A stretch of DNA of 64,000 nt from the human T2T-CHM13v2.0 reference genome, Homo sapiens (GCF_009914755.1 NC_060948.1), one strand, 5' to 3'. Shown: positions 40,790 through 58,324, counted from the first letter of the stretch. The notes: generated by a model not told the origin, from the sequence alone. Numbers and translations: made by a program.

Positions 40790-42540
40790 TATTTTTTAAA
40801 TAGTCATATGAAATGATACATATTTATAACTTACAGGGTGATGTTCAAAAGATCACATACATTATGCATTGGATACATCCAGCTAATCAACCTATGCATG
40901 ACCTCACATACTTAGCATTTTTGTGATGATAAAACATGAAAGACACTGTCTTAGAATTTTTTAGAGAAAGAATATGTTATCACTAGTTATAATCAGCATG
41001 CTGTAGAAAATGTTTTTAACCTATTCCTCCTTTCTAACTAGAAATATGTATTCTTGATCCAGCATCTCCTCAGTGCACCCTCTTCACTAAACACCACCCC
41101 AACCATTGGAGTCATTACCTCTGTGGGGTCTGCTTTTCAGATTTCATATAAGAATGAGGTCACGTGCTATTTGCCTTTCTGATACCTGGCCTATGTCACT
41201 AAAGAAAATGGCATGGACGCATTCAGCGGATTCACACGTATTGTCACAAGTGGCAGGATTTCCTTATTTATTACTGCAGTGCATTTTTCCATTGTGCATA
41301 TGTGTTTTTGCCCCATTTTTTTAATCCACTTATCAATTGAGGGACACTCAGGTTGCTTCCGTGTTTTGGCTACAGCAAAAATGTAAAGAGTGCAGCAATA
41401 ATTGCATGGGTGCATACACTGCTTCAACATACTGATTTGTGTACTTGTGGGTGTGCCCCAGTATTCTGATTTGCTGGATCACATGATGGGTGGTTCTACT
41501 TGTAGAGTTCTGAAGGCTCTATACTTAAATAAAAGCCATAAAGCTTCTTGTAATGCCTGCACTAAATTACATTCTCACCAAAAGTGCACAAGGATTTCCT
41601 TTTCTCCTCATCCTCACCAGAAATGAGGGTTTTTTGTTTGTTTGTTTGTTTGTTTTGTCTTTTGGATAATAGGTATTCTGACTGAAGTGAGAAGAAATCT
41701 CATTGTGTTTTTGATTTGCATTTTCCTGATGGATTAGGGATGATGAGTGCTTTTTAGTGTGTCTTCTGGGCAACTGTATGTCTTAGTTTCACAGATGAAT
41801 ATTCACATCCTTAATCCATTTCTTTTCATGCTATTGATTGTTGGGAGTTCCTTATGTACTGTGAATATTCACCCATTAACAGATGTATAGTGATCCAATA
41901 ATTTCTCCCATCCTGTAGGATGTCCCTTCCATCTGTTTAGTTTTCTGTGGTGTGCCAAAGCACTTTAGTTTGATATAACCCCATTCTCTGTTTTTGATGG
42001 TGTTTACTGTGCTCTTGCAGTCACTTTGAGACCATCACGGCCCACACAGATGGCCATGGAGCTTCTTCCTTGTGATTTCTTCTGGTAATTTTATTGTTTC
42101 AGATGCGACACTGGAGTTTGGTGATAAATAATCCACCTGTAAAATCCTTTATGTGGCTCTTCAGATTTCCCCAACCTAGTTTATAGAAGATACTTGATTT
42201 TGCACTGGACGTTCTTGCTTCTTTGGGAAAAGGCTGTGAGCTGCAAATGGAGTGACTTAGTTGTGGGCTTTTATTGTTTTTCCTAAGCTCTAGTCTCTGC
42301 TTTTCTGCCAGTGCTATTGTATTTTGATACACAAAGCTTTGTAGTAGTATATCATGAAGTTAGGTAGTGTGGTGGCTCCAGCTTTGTGCTTTTTACCGGA
42401 TTGCTCTGGGTTTTCAGGATCTTCTGCCATTTCATAGCAAATTTAGGATTCTCAGATGGTTTTTCTAAGAAGAATGGGTCATTGATATTTTTACAGGGGT
42501 TGTATAGAATCTGAGGATGACTCAGGTAGTAGTGATGTCA
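40790..42540 (-). mobile_element. Old L1 (L1MA-like) 3' region
   Basis: Reverse ORF2 C-terminal motifs (AVAKTRKQPECPSIDKWIKK) and 3'UTR. Confidence 0.8.
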
Positions 42541-42591
42541 ATGCCGTTTAGACAATGTGTGTGTTTGTGTGCACATGCTCAGGGCCAAGAG

Positions 42592-43995
42592 ACACTGGGT
42601 GTCCTCACCAATACTGAGGTGGGCCTGAATGTCCAGCCAGATTGCCTTCTGGAAACACACAGAAGGTCCCGTTCCATTTTGCCATCTCTTCACATTTCCT
42701 CCCCTGTGAGCCCTGTGTGGTCCTCCAGATTCCCTGTGCAGTGGCCTGCCTATTTGGGGGGTGGGGAGTTGCTGGGTGAATGAGGATGGCGGAGGGGACC
42801 AAGCATGTCAGGGGAGCGTGGTGTCATCCAAACGGGACGTAGCAGGCCTGGGAGAGCCATTCTGGGAGGACGCAGACCTAGAGAGGCCTCAGGTAGGCAT
42901 CTGTGTGGAGGGTGAGAGAGCCCTGGTTGATCCCAAACTGAACCCCAGGTAGTAGCAAGCCTCAGGACAGGGAAGGAGCTAGCAAGGGATGATGAGGCAG
43001 CTATCTCTTCATCCTGGCTTCCCACCCATTGACCTTAGCTACTTATGCCTATTAAGTGGATTAGGGTTCCCCCATCATGAAATGTGGGTACTACAGTTCC
43101 CTGATGGGCCTTTCTCCACCAGCCCATGATGGCCTGAGTTTGCTTACTGCAGTCTCCTCCCTGAGCCTTGGCTTCTCTATGTGTGTCCTAACTCCAGGAC
43201 CCACAGGCCTGTCAACCCCCAGCCCTGGGCTGCTTCCCTGGCCTCTTCTCTGTTCCCTCTCTGAGGGCCTAACTCCCTTGCATAGTGCTGCAGAATATTG
43301 AGCCACAGGCCCTGGCTGATGATCTGGGGGACTGGGCAAAGTGTTCATCACAGGTCAGGTTCTGGTTCAAAGCCAGTTCTTCCGATGCCAAAGAATGACC
43401 AACAGGGTCATTTCTCATGACCCCCCATAGCCACCTCACCTCAGCAATCCTGCCATACCCTGGACAGTCACAGTAAATCAACCAACTGAAGAAGCTCAGT
43501 TAGGCAGTGCTCTGCCTGAAACTGGGGCCTTCACCTGCATGACCCTAGAACCACTGGACTGCAGTGGAGCCAGTTGCCCTGTATCCTGGAGGGAGAGAAT
43601 TCAGAAAGGCTCATGCCAGGCCCAGCTTCCCACATACCACTCCCTCTACCATGCGGGGAGGCGCTCCTCATTGCAGATGCCAATGCAATACTCCTTAGTG
43701 ATCACTTCAATGCAGAAGTAAATGTTGTGATGAAAGGCAAATTTCTTCCTACCACTTGTTCTCAGGATGGCTGAGTTCTTCCACCTGCCTGTCTGAGAAG
43801 GAGAAAGAGATGGTCAAGGGACAATTTCATCTAGGTGGGCTGAGGTGGCCTGCTAGCTGGGGTGAAGCATGTGTTTCCCCTTCCCAGCTCTCCCACTGAG
43901 ACACCCCTGAGTCCCAGGAGGACCTCAAACTGACCAGGACCTTAGCACCCTCCCCTAGAACCAGGCTTTCCATCCTGACCTGCAAATCCAACATG
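42592..43995 (-). pseudogene. Divergent TSPY-like pseudogene, copy C (5'-truncated; end of exon 2 through exon 5 plus 3' flank)
   Basis: Exon2 end 43980, exon3 43784-43672, exon4 43585-43440 (146 bp; DCPGYGRIAE), exon5 from 43323. Paralogous to 32383-33835. Confidence 0.85.
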
Positions 43996-46079
43996 CAGCT
44001 TTGAAGGACTTTCTCATGGTTTCAGAGATACTTCCTCTCACCAGAAATAATCAGAACTTTTAAACTGTTCTTTATGCCAAATTAAATTTTTCATTTGTAC
44101 TACCTCATGTTTTGGATGAGGCATGTATTTTTAAATTTATTTTCGCCCTTATTGTACCTCTGTGATAAACTGCTTACTTACATCCATACCATAATTATCT
44201 TTCAGTGTTATTGTCTGTTCCTAAAGATTCACTGAAACTAAGAATTCTATTTATGCTTGTATCTTTCAGCAACCATATGTGAGATAATGATGCACATTAC
44301 TGCAGACATCACAGATACAGGTCCAAAGGGAAATGAAGAAGAAGAAGAAGAAAGCAAGCTTTAAAGTCTATACATTCCTAACACTGTATCAGAAACTCAC
44401 CAATAACATGAAATCAAAGAATGATAACAGCAAATTCCATTTCATACCTAGACTGAAATATGAAACTTCAAAAGAAAAGAAAGTTAAGAACTTTGGGTTT
44501 GTAAAAATTTTCCTATATAGATAAAATTATTGGTAACTTTGTATCACTAGAAAACATAAACGAAAATCCATGTTTTGCATATTTGTAAATATAAATGTTT
44601 TTATTTCCATCAGTTATGACATGCAAGCAAGTAATAAAGTGAAAGTACATTACAATGATATATGGAACTTTCTCAGTCTCAAAATATTCCATTGAGACTA
44701 TTAATTTTATGAAAACCACAAAGAATGCTTCATGCAACTATATTATACAGTACTTTTTAGTATTTTACTTACATTTTAAATAATTAACAAAGGGAATTCT
44801 TCAACATTATTTATTACAAATACCATTATTTTCCTTGAGTAATACTGTTGAAATTAAGTATTTTAAATAAAATATTAAAAACAAATTATATTGACTGATT
44901 TCAGCTTTGGATGAAATCATGCTTGTGTATTTGTAGTAATGTGAAGTATAACTTTCTCCTCACAATTAATCTTTCATAACACCAGTGTTATTGTTTTCTC
45001 TGACAACAACATTGTGATATCTCACAGCTTTACTGTACATATACACTACATGCCTCCAGAGAGTAGGCTTCAAACATATGGAAAAATTATATTTGTGACA
45101 AAATTCTAGGAAAGGGAATGGTAAAATGGGAGAATAATTTCTAACTTTCTAACTGTTGATCAATGGATTTGTGTATATTTAGATATAGACACATATTTGC
45201 ACACTGTGAGTTTGCCCATGTACATATACATTTACAAGAGATACCTATAATATGTGGGTTGTGTAATCTTTTAATTAATCCACAATTGTATATGTGTGAA
45301 ATTTGATAAGCGGTTACCTTTTCTATACTCAATTTGATGGAAAGACAAAAAAATCTCTGTCAACATTCATTTCAATTAATCCAATACTGTTAACTGCTGA
45401 TAGCTTCATTCTCCTTGTTCTCTTTTGGCAACCTGAAAGTTAATTCTCACTCTAATTCAGCTCTCAGGGTGCAATCCAGAAGACAGTGTTATCTTGCTAT
45501 GGATTGTGACCTCTGACTCCACCTCTTTCTTCCTAGAGCAGTCCTACCTTTGCATATTTAATAAACTTTGTACATGGTTAAATGGATAAAAGTTCAGTGA
45601 AATGTCAAGCCATGCTGTGAAATGTTCCATTATTTCTGTATCTCTAAGTGTCCTTTCATGTTATAGAGGCAAGAAAAATAATTCAACGTGTTTCTTAGTA
45701 TCCAGTCCAATGCACTCTTTCTTACTAATATGCCAAACCTATCCCTTCAAGGCCCTGACATCTAAACATGGCTGGATGTCTCAAAATCTCTTCTTGTTAA
45801 TAACCATTATGTTAATCACTGTTGCCCAGAACTGGAATTCAACTGTGAAATCCCCTGGTGGCAATTTCTGTAATGGCTCAAACTATGGGAATGACTATTT
45901 TTTACCTGAAAATACCTGATGAGCATATACATATGCTATGTACATGAACATATTGTACATTAACAACATACCTTCACTGCCAGTAAATAATAGGTGAGCC
46001 AAACTGAGCTCAGGTGCTCCCACAAACCAAGCTTTTTCCTCCACAGATTTCTTTTTATGTCAAAAAAAAAAAAGCAACT

Positions 46080-46705
<626 letters not shown>

Positions 46706-46840
46706 ATGAGAAAGGTGAATAGAACAAAAAACAATTAGAAAAATAATACCCACTGCTAAAGTTTGCCACAGAAAAGATTAAACATTTCACCAACTTCTAT
46801 CTTCTGTAATGGAAGCCAAAGTTATTTGGACCAACCCTCC

Positions 46841-47193
46841 TGTCTTAGTTAATTTTCACGCTGCTGATAAAGACATACCTGAGACTGGGAAGAAAAGGAC
46901 GTTTAATTGGACTTACACTTCCACATGGCTGGGGAGGTCTGAGAATCATGGTATAGGAATAAAGGCACTTCTTACATGGCAATGCCAAGAGAGAATGAGA
47001 AAGAACCAAAAGCGGAAATCTCTGAAAAACCCATCAGATCTCTTGAGACTTATTCACTATCACAAGAATAGCATGAGAAAGACCAGCCCCCATGATTCAA
47101 TTACCTCCCCCTGGGTCCCACCTGCAACACGTGGGAATTCTGGGAGATACAATTGAAGTTGAGATTTGAATGGAGACACACCAAACCATGTCA
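46841..47193 (-). mobile_element. THE1 (C/D-like) solo LTR
   Basis: ctgctgataaagacatacctgagactgggaagaaaa..caaaccatgtca; TSD cctcc/cttcc. Confidence 0.9.
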
Positions 47194-47579
47194 CTTCCCA
47201 AACCATTAAAAATTCCCAGTGGAAGAAACATTAATTATATCAAAAAGTGGTGGACCAAGAAGGAACTATTAGCCTCATATCTCAAGAAAGGCTCTAGTCA
47301 AGGCCTAGGGACTACTCAGGAAAAGAGTTTAATAGCCAACTCTCTCCCAGTGGATCTGGATTCCACCAGACCGTATCTTCACAGTAATGGTGAAACAGAA
47401 GTAAACCCATTCCTATTTCCAAGCTCAAGGAACTTTGGTCAAAGTTCTCTTGGAGCTGAGCAGAAGAAGGAGGCAAACAGAAACAATTTGTGTCCCTGAG
47501 AAGTCATGGCCACAGGCTGGCTATCACACAGATTGTCAAGCCAGTTCCATATTGCATGGGTATTATAGAAAATCTCAAA

Positions 47580-49680
<2,101 letters not shown>

Positions 49681-50084
49681 TATAATTAAAATAATTGGAA
49701 GAAATTATATTGGAGAAGAAGATAGCACCACACTGATTGTGTTTGTGTCAGACTATCACAGCTCAAGGTTGTCATATTTTATTAAGGAGAAATGTTGTAT
49801 TTCTTGGTATTCACATTGTAACCTGAAGAAGGGCAATGACTGTCAAAAATTTAAATGTATGGGTAATAGTTAGAAGATGCAAGCACTGTATCCTCCAGAA
49901 TTTTAGCATATGCAAACCTTTAAATTCCAGGCAAGTTGACTTAAGCTTCAACATTCTGCCAGCTAAAATGAATCCATTTGTGCTAATTTCTGTGATCAAA
50001 GGTGAATAAGACATTGTTCCTGCCTTCAGTGATAGCTCAGTCCAAAGGGAGACAAGTAGAAATGGTATAAAACGAGCGATACTA

Positions 50085-50400
50085 GTCTGCATGTAGTGGC
50101 TCACGCCTATAACCCCAGCACTTTGGGAGGGCAAGGCGGGAGGGTCATGAGGTCAGGAGATTGGGGCAATCCTGGCTAACATGGTAAAACCCCATCTCTA
50201 CAAAAAATTAGCCAGGCATGGTGGGAGTACTTGGGAGAATACTTGGGAGCCTCCCAGCTACCAGGGAGGCTGAGGCAGGAGAACTGCTTGAACTCAGGAG
50301 GCAGAGTTTGCAGTGAGCCAAGAACACGCCACTGCACTCTGGCCTAGGCAAAAGAACAAGACTCTGTCTCAAAAAAAAAAAAAAAAACAAACAAAAAAAA
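50085..50400 (+). mobile_element. AluS (Sc-like)
   Basis: Alu dimer with A tail and a small internal duplication tacttgggag. Confidence 0.85.
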
Positions 50401-50870
50401 GGAGAGTAATATGTAAAGTGTGCTATAAAAACTGAGAAAAGGGACAGAATATCTGTGACAGATAACTTGTTTCGGGCAGTGGGAAATGAGGAGGTCTGTG
50501 TATGCCTTCACTGTGTCACATTTGATTACAGGCAGAAATAAATGAATCTTAATATTTATGGGGTCACAGACCCTTTTTAAAAATGATGAAATTTATGATA
50601 ATTCTTTCAATAAACATTTATAGAACATACATATATATTTTGCTTACTAACTCAGAATGTGCATCAAGAGCTCTGGATATAGGAGAATGAGTAGAAATAT
50701 TTTAGGCAGAAAAGAAGGGAAGGGGAGTCCAAACAGAGGAAACAGCCTGTGTCAGAGCCTGGAGACAAAAAAGCTTGTGCATTATTGGAATCAAGGTGAC
50801 TATAAGATAATTCAGGGTGACTGGAGCATAGCTGGAAGATGAACCAGTCATGGTATAAGATGAAAACAGA

Positions 50871-51347
<477 letters not shown>

Positions 51348-51505
51348 TGAAAATAGAACATAAGTAGATATCCAGAGATAAGGCATGAAGTATCTCAAAT
51401 ATCAGTCATGCACTTTGTTTACTCAGAGACAACACCAGGATTGATTAAAATTATGCACATCATGTCAACCCTCTTCTAAATGTTAACAAATATAACTGGA
51501 ACAGT

Positions 51506-51507
51506 TA

Positions 51508-51539
<32 letters not shown>

Positions 51540-51718
51540 TACGTGTGTGTGTGAGAGAGATGGAGTTTCACTCATATATATATACATACACACATATATG
51601 TATATATGTGTGTGTATACATAAATGTATATATGTGGGTGTGTGTGTATATATATATATGAAAGAGTGAAACTCCATCGCTCATACACACACACACAGAC
51701 ACACACACATACATATAT
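51506..51718. repeat. Inverted repeat of an Alu-terminus 15-mer around a (TA/CA/TG)n core
   Basis: gatggagtttcactc (51559-51573) is the exact reverse complement of gagtgaaactccatc (51664-51678). Both are flanked by (TG)n and (CA)n. Confidence 0.9.
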
Positions 51719-52879
51719 GCTTGGCCACTTTAATTCCTCTATAATGGAATTCTGAGCAGCATGCTTGAGGGTAAATATCAGGACCTGCAGGCAGTCAGCC
51801 TGTGCTAGAAATACTCAGTGTGTTTTTTCACATTATACACTTTCATCTTCTGAGTGTACTGCCTGAGGCTATTGTTCTCTTCATATCTTGCAGATCTTTC
51901 TGGGGAAAAGGCAACATGCATCAACAGGTTTTTTGCTAAGGGTCTTCTAATTAATTGGAGGACTTTTCAGTTGAAAAATATCTAAGGACAAGATTTTTTC
52001 TCTTTTGGCTCAGGAAACTGCAGGCATCAGTTGCACACCAATATTTAACTGTAACACAGCTATTAAGTCATATCCATTGCCTTAAACAAAATGTACAGAA
52101 TTCAGTATTTTTAGTTACACCAAACACTATATAGGGTTTGCAGTTAATCATTTTTATATTCTATATTCTCTTTGATATTGAACATAGAACTTCAAGAAGA
52201 GGGTCACACAATGATTTATTCAGCAAATATTTATAGAGTTGTGTGTATCAAAAACTGTGGTAAGTGCTGAGATTAGAAAACATACCATGTATCTGCTTTC
52301 AACATGTTCTCATTCTATTAAATGTTGTAATAACACAACATTGAGTCCTAAAAGTGTCAAAAGAGAAGTACACACAAAAAAAGAGCTAGGCAAATACATT
52401 ATGACAACTTAGAGCTGGTGTCAGTTAAAGACAGATCTTCAAGGAGCATAAATGCCAGGAAAGAAAGTTTAGAACAAACTGTCTACATAAAGGCAAGTTT
52501 TTTTTGTTATTGTTTTTTCATAGGAAAATAAGATCTGAGTTTCACGAAGGTTATAAGACTAACTGCAATATATAGGATGGGTTGAAGATCAGCAAGAGAA
52601 ACAGAAGGTGAGTTATGAGTTTTATTAAGTGGTTCAACTAATAGCTGATGGTGGCCTGGGCAAGGAAAGTGGAAGAAAGGACTGGAAGAAAGAGGCAGAT
52701 GCAAGAATCATTGCAAAGATAAAATGCAAAAGTCTTGGAATGAGTTTTCAAGTTGAGGCTAGTAAAAAATATTGTGGGATTCTTGGCATTCATCTATCCA
52801 TCAAATTATTCAATGAATCTTTATTAAGATTCAAGATTATTATTGATCTTCATTATTATTTGAGATTATTAAATTTATT

Positions 52880-53500
52880 ATTCACTGAATAATAAATATT
52901 CAATGAATATTTAATACTATGCAACAAGCACTGTGCTGGGTTCTGGAGGTACAGCAATGAATATGGGGTTAATGGTCCCTGACTTCTTTAAGCTTTATGT
53001 ACAGGGAGAGACAGATAATAAATAAAAGTCACAAGCAATTGTAAATGCTGTGAAGGAAACTTTGGGATGCTGAAAGAGAGTAACAGACGGTAGTGATGGT
53101 TGGTATAACAGACAGAACTATTGGATTTTGGGAACTAAGTGAAGCTTTCTCCAAGGAATTCCTATTTGATATATCAGAAAGAGCAACCATTGCAAAAGAG
53201 TGAGAAAACAGCTGCCAACTCTCTAGAATAGGACAATTTTGGCATAGTTCTGTGTTTGAAGAAAAGAGAGTTGCTAATGTGCAGAATAATGCTGAGAATT
53301 TGAGTAAGAGGAAAATGGTAAAGTAACCAGTGGTTTTAATAATACAGATGGGAATGCTGTCCTTGATAAAAGTAGTTCCAGTGGAATGAGACCAAAACCA
53401 AATTGAACTGAACTGAAAAGCCAGTGGGAAGAAATGAGAGAAGTGGGTACAGCATGCTTAGTGGAGAAAAGTAATGAAGGGGTAGGCGGCAGGGGCTTAA
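52880..53500 (-). mobile_element. L2 fragments
   Basis: caagcactgtgctgggttctggaggtacagcaatgaa..ggtccctgac..cagggagagacaga, the reverse L2 3' end. Confidence 0.7.
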
Positions 53501-55879
53501 ACAATGGGAAAAATTCTAATTTATAAAAGCAATATAAGAATTTAGATCACAGTTGTATATGTATACTGAGCTGGTAGAGATAGAGGGATTAACGTACATG
53601 AGAAAATAAAATTGAGAGCAGTGGATTTTTGTTTCTAGCACCTACAGTGCACTCTCACCTTGCCTGTGAGTTGGATAAATGGCTGAAAGCTGATTCTTTT
53701 TCAAAGTTGATTTCAATTTGGGAAAGAAGGGAGTAGGGAACAAAATGACATTGTAAACTGGATAGCAAAATAAGGATATTGAGTACATAGAGGAAGAGCT
53801 CAGGCACAAGAAGATCTTGTTCCTCAAACCACATGCTGCCTACTTTCTCATCTAGCTTCACATTAGCCCTACTCCAATTTCCAAAAGAACAATGATTGTT
53901 TCATTTAATCTAACCAAGAGCATTTTACACATCCTACCATATACATCTGTCATCTCAAAGAGGAAAGAGTATTTTAAGACTACAAATAAAAATAATGTAA
54001 TATTAAATTAAAATCAAGTAACAAATCTAGCTTCATTGAAAATCTGTCTATAATGATATCTTATTTTTTTTAAATTCTGCCGTGGAGTAGTGAAAATATT
54101 ATCCCAGTCTTGTGTCTGTCTGGAAATCAGTATTGGGAAATCACTAGAGTGATTGCTTTATGAAATCACTTCCTATTCAAATTCTATAATTCAGTTAATA
54201 ATTACAAAACATATCATATTTGAAGTAAAATAATTTCCTTTTTTATCTTCCATTCAAATATATCACAAATAACTCTTTCTTTCCAAGTCATCTTTGCAGT
54301 TCTTTCACCTATATAGGGATCTAAAGCAACACTTTGACACTCTCATCCATTTCAAAAGTCTCGTCTCCCAACTTTTCAGAGCCCACAGCATTTACAATAA
54401 ACATATCTCTCTGCACAGAAGATAATAGCTGGTTCTACGTTATCTGTCAGCCTAAATGTTGATTAAGACCTCAGTAATCACACTCCACCCTGCACAGATC
54501 TAAAATCACAAAATGCAGATTAATTCATGAGAACAGAAGGAAAGAATTGAAAGAAAAATGCTGTCTTGCTCAAAGAAAGGAAAACACAAAAGAAGTCCCA
54601 CTGCCTGCCTCATTTGGATATTTTTATTTTTAAAGTGTTCAAGCATCCTAGTATTTTTTTCATCACCCTTAAAGAGACAATTAAATATTGCATCAAATAG
54701 GATATTTAAAAAGATGACATGTTATAACAGGGGGACTCTAAACATGAGAATTATCACTGGCTCACTGAGACCTCTGATCTGCAGGCATATGATTGACGAC
54801 GCCTTTCTAATTCCAATAGCATGGGCCTGCAGCAAATTTTATTTTACTGCAAGGTCTACTTTATTGAATTCACTGCCTGTCCTAATTCTATATATTTTTG
54901 ATTAGTGGACCTTCAAAACTGATGTTAGTAAAAGGAAATTGTTTTCTGACATGCTAACATTTTAAAGCTAATCATTTTTTTTTAAATAAGCAGTTGAGTT
55001 TGCAGCATTCTGCTCCTGTTATGTTTTATTAGTGTTTGTACTTTAATTTGGTATGTTTGTTTTGGCATCACTCCAGCAGTAGGTCCAATTATAAAAATAG
55101 AAACAATTAGATTCACTGTGGTGACTGATATAAGCATTCCAAGCTTAGCTTTTAAAACAAAATGGTAGACTTGGCTCTTTCCAGAGTCCTGCAAATAAAA
55201 TGTATTGATTCTGTAGGGTTTTCTCTACTGTAGCTTTTTGAAATTTTGTCCCCACTCTTCACATGTCCAAATCCACAATCCCCTAAACAGCTTTTATTGA
55301 AAACCACAACCTCATCTCCTCCTTTTTTGAAGCAATTAAGTCCATCTAACTGGAGAGCCCAAGTACAGTTTATTTTCCTCTTTAAAATCTCTCTCCAGTG
55401 CTTTCTACACTATTGTCAAGTAATAGGGCCTTAATAAATCTTTATTAAATGACAGGTTGAATGAACTTGTCCTCTCTTCTCTTTTCTCTGACTTGCAGTA
55501 AAAGAAATTTCATTTTTCCAAGACTAACCTTTGTCAGTGATGTAGAATTTATCTGATTCTTTCCACTCAGGCCTTCTTCAAGACCTTGATTCATCATGTA
55601 TTTCTTCTAAGTCTAACTGTCTTTGGTATTCATTTCTTCATTGGCCACTGTGTGGCTTCCTAATAACACAGACAAATTTCTCAGTTTTGTGAAAGGCCTA
55701 AAGGGAATGGTGATTTGGACAAGGTATCTGCATTGGAATACTAGTTTGGTAGGCAATATGCTGTTGCTTTATATCTGTGTGGTGGAAATAAAACCATACA
55801 CTTGTGTGCTTTCCATATCTGAGTTTTATCTTAAAATAAAAAGGCAAAAATAAAAACAAGCAAAAAAAGAAACACATCG

Positions 55880-56308
55880 AGGACAAGAGGTTCCTTAAGG
55901 CTGATACAACTTAACATAGAGACCAGACCTGAAGAATCTCTTAGAAGAAAACAACAGGCCTCAGAAGTGACTTCAACCTTACTTGATTCGCAAACATAAG
56001 CAAAACTTAACTTCAGCTCTTTCTTGTAAATGTTTATATCTAAAAAAAAGAATGTAAACTCAACCAATTAGAAGCAGTTAACAAACTTATATGATTAGGA
56101 CTTCCCGATGGGACTGATCAAATGAGGCAACTGTGTAATTGTAACCAATCAAATACCATCTGCTTTAGTTCTGTGTGTGTTTTATAAAATTCTCCCCATT
56201 GTTTTCCCTTGATGGAGCTCCTGAATGGCTTCTACTTTGGAGCTGCACAATTCATGGAATATTTCTTGCTCAAACTCTTTAAAAATGTGCCTCAGTTTAC
56301 CTTTTAAG
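55880..56308 (+). mobile_element. ERV1-class solo LTR (subfamily uncertain)
   Basis: CCAAT boxes (aaccaatca), TATA-like tttataaaa, and 3' end gtgcctcagtttaccttttaa. Confidence 0.65.
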
Positions 56309-56399
56309 ATTAGAAATGTAAGGCATTGGCTTCACAAGGTGAACAATTTCTAAAGGCTAAATAGTAACTCCTCTTCTAAGTCAAGCAATTTTCAATGCT

Positions 56400-56640
56400 T
56401 GTTTCAACAAAATTGAATGACTTGCAGTTGTCATGTATATAGTTTTCGGTATTTAATACATGAAGAATTCAAAGAATTGAGTGAAATTGCTTTAAAAATT
56501 CATTCTTCCATTCCTATATACATATTCACGGGAACAAAGTCTCTTTTTGACACTTCCATCCATAGAGAGAAAAAAGTAAAAATTGAATTAATAATGAATG
56601 CTGTCTCACTCTGGCATTTAGCAATAGTTTTCTAGTCTAC
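56400..56640 (+). mobile_element. hAT/Charlie DNA transposon transposase remnant
   Basis: EEFKELSEIALKI..P resembles the hAT C-terminal dimerisation motif EYPELS.IALK.LLPF.STYLCE. Confidence 0.6.
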
Positions 56641-56662
56641 AAGAGAGAATGAGAGTAAATGA

Positions 56663-57026
<364 letters not shown>

Positions 57027-57369
57027 AAGAAATGTATTTTAATCAATATTAACATTGTATGTTTAACAAGTATTTTCCAAAAAAATTTAACATACTCTTT
57101 TCAATGAATTGTATGCTCTATTAATTGAAACCTGCAAGTATGTTTTTCAAAACAATAAGGGTAGTTTTTTTTTTATTGTTGCATTTCACATGGTTTTTTT
57201 TGCGTCCTTCTTTGTACTTTTTGTATTTTCAAATCTTACAGTAGGCTCATTTTTCACTGAATAAAGCAATAAGCTATTAAAGTTATTAAAAAATACTTTC
57301 CCTTGAAAACACCTCCCTAAAGCTATTAATCTTTTTTCTTGTTTGCTTATCTCCTTTTCATCATTATTC

Positions 57370-57830
57370 ACTCATTTCATTTTCCAAAAGAATCCTGCCC
57401 CTACTACTCCACTGAAAATATACTCTTCAAGGTCAACCTTACCATTACAAAATCTTCTGTCTTTACTTTCTTTGACAGCTCTCCACAACATTCAGTATAG
57501 TCAACTTGACTGAGCCTTGCAAAATGTGTCCCTTGGCTATTCACTCCCTTGTTTTCTTTCCCTTTCTGCTCGCATCTTTGATTGGCTTTATTATGTCATC
57601 TGCTAGTTGTAAAATGTAAACCCAAGCCTAAATATTTAGGATACCACTAGCTATGTGTCTCCAGGTCAGTATGTCATGGTTGAATGACTTTCCAGCCTGC
57701 GTTCACCATTCAGAGTGTTCCCTGACCTTCAGTCATAGTTCTGTAACTTCCATTTTCAATGGAATATCTTGACACCACCTTAAACTCAACATGTCTAAAA
57801 CCACATCTGTTGCTCCAAGTCAGTTTTCCC
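57370..57830 (+). mobile_element. L2 fragments
   Basis: ccactgaaa..ctcttcaaggtca and caccacttaaactcaacatgtctaaaacc-like motifs. Confidence 0.6.
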
Positions 57831-58324
57831 TCTAGACCATACTTGTTCTGCCACAAAACTAGATCACAACTTCCTTGCTTTTGCAATAGCCTTTGGGAAA
57901 ATACAAGAAAAAGTCACAAAGTGATCTTAAGCTACAGTACTAAGATGAAAACAGAACACACAGAAAGTCTGAATACAAGATTATTTATTTTTCGATCTGA
58001 TTTCATAGAAGAAATTAGACCAATATATTATTATGTTAGTTTAAGCATGGCCATAAAAGTAAATTTGGCTTCAAATTTGGAGTCAGTCAGTCTCTAGAGA
58101 GAAATGTGTTCATTACCAGGATTAGCAGCATTTTATCCTCCAAGTCATTTGGGTCACAAATCATGGGGAGGTACAATTCTCTGTTTTATAAACCTCATAT
58201 TCAGTCTTTTGCCTACTCTTTCAAGTATTTTTGAATGCCTTTTGCTGTTTGTTACGTTTGCACTTCCACGAAATACCTAATTCAGGACATGTTCACTTAC
58301 ATTAAGATGTTACAACACTCAAAC

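Noticed and set aside
45548-45905. 358-bp segment as standalone proof of coding origin
   Set aside because: Seven stops in 119 codons is about what random sequence gives. It is kept only as a weak member of the exon chain.
44020-46000. RBMY remnant next to TSPY
   Set aside because: No RRM or SRGY-box sequence could be recognised.
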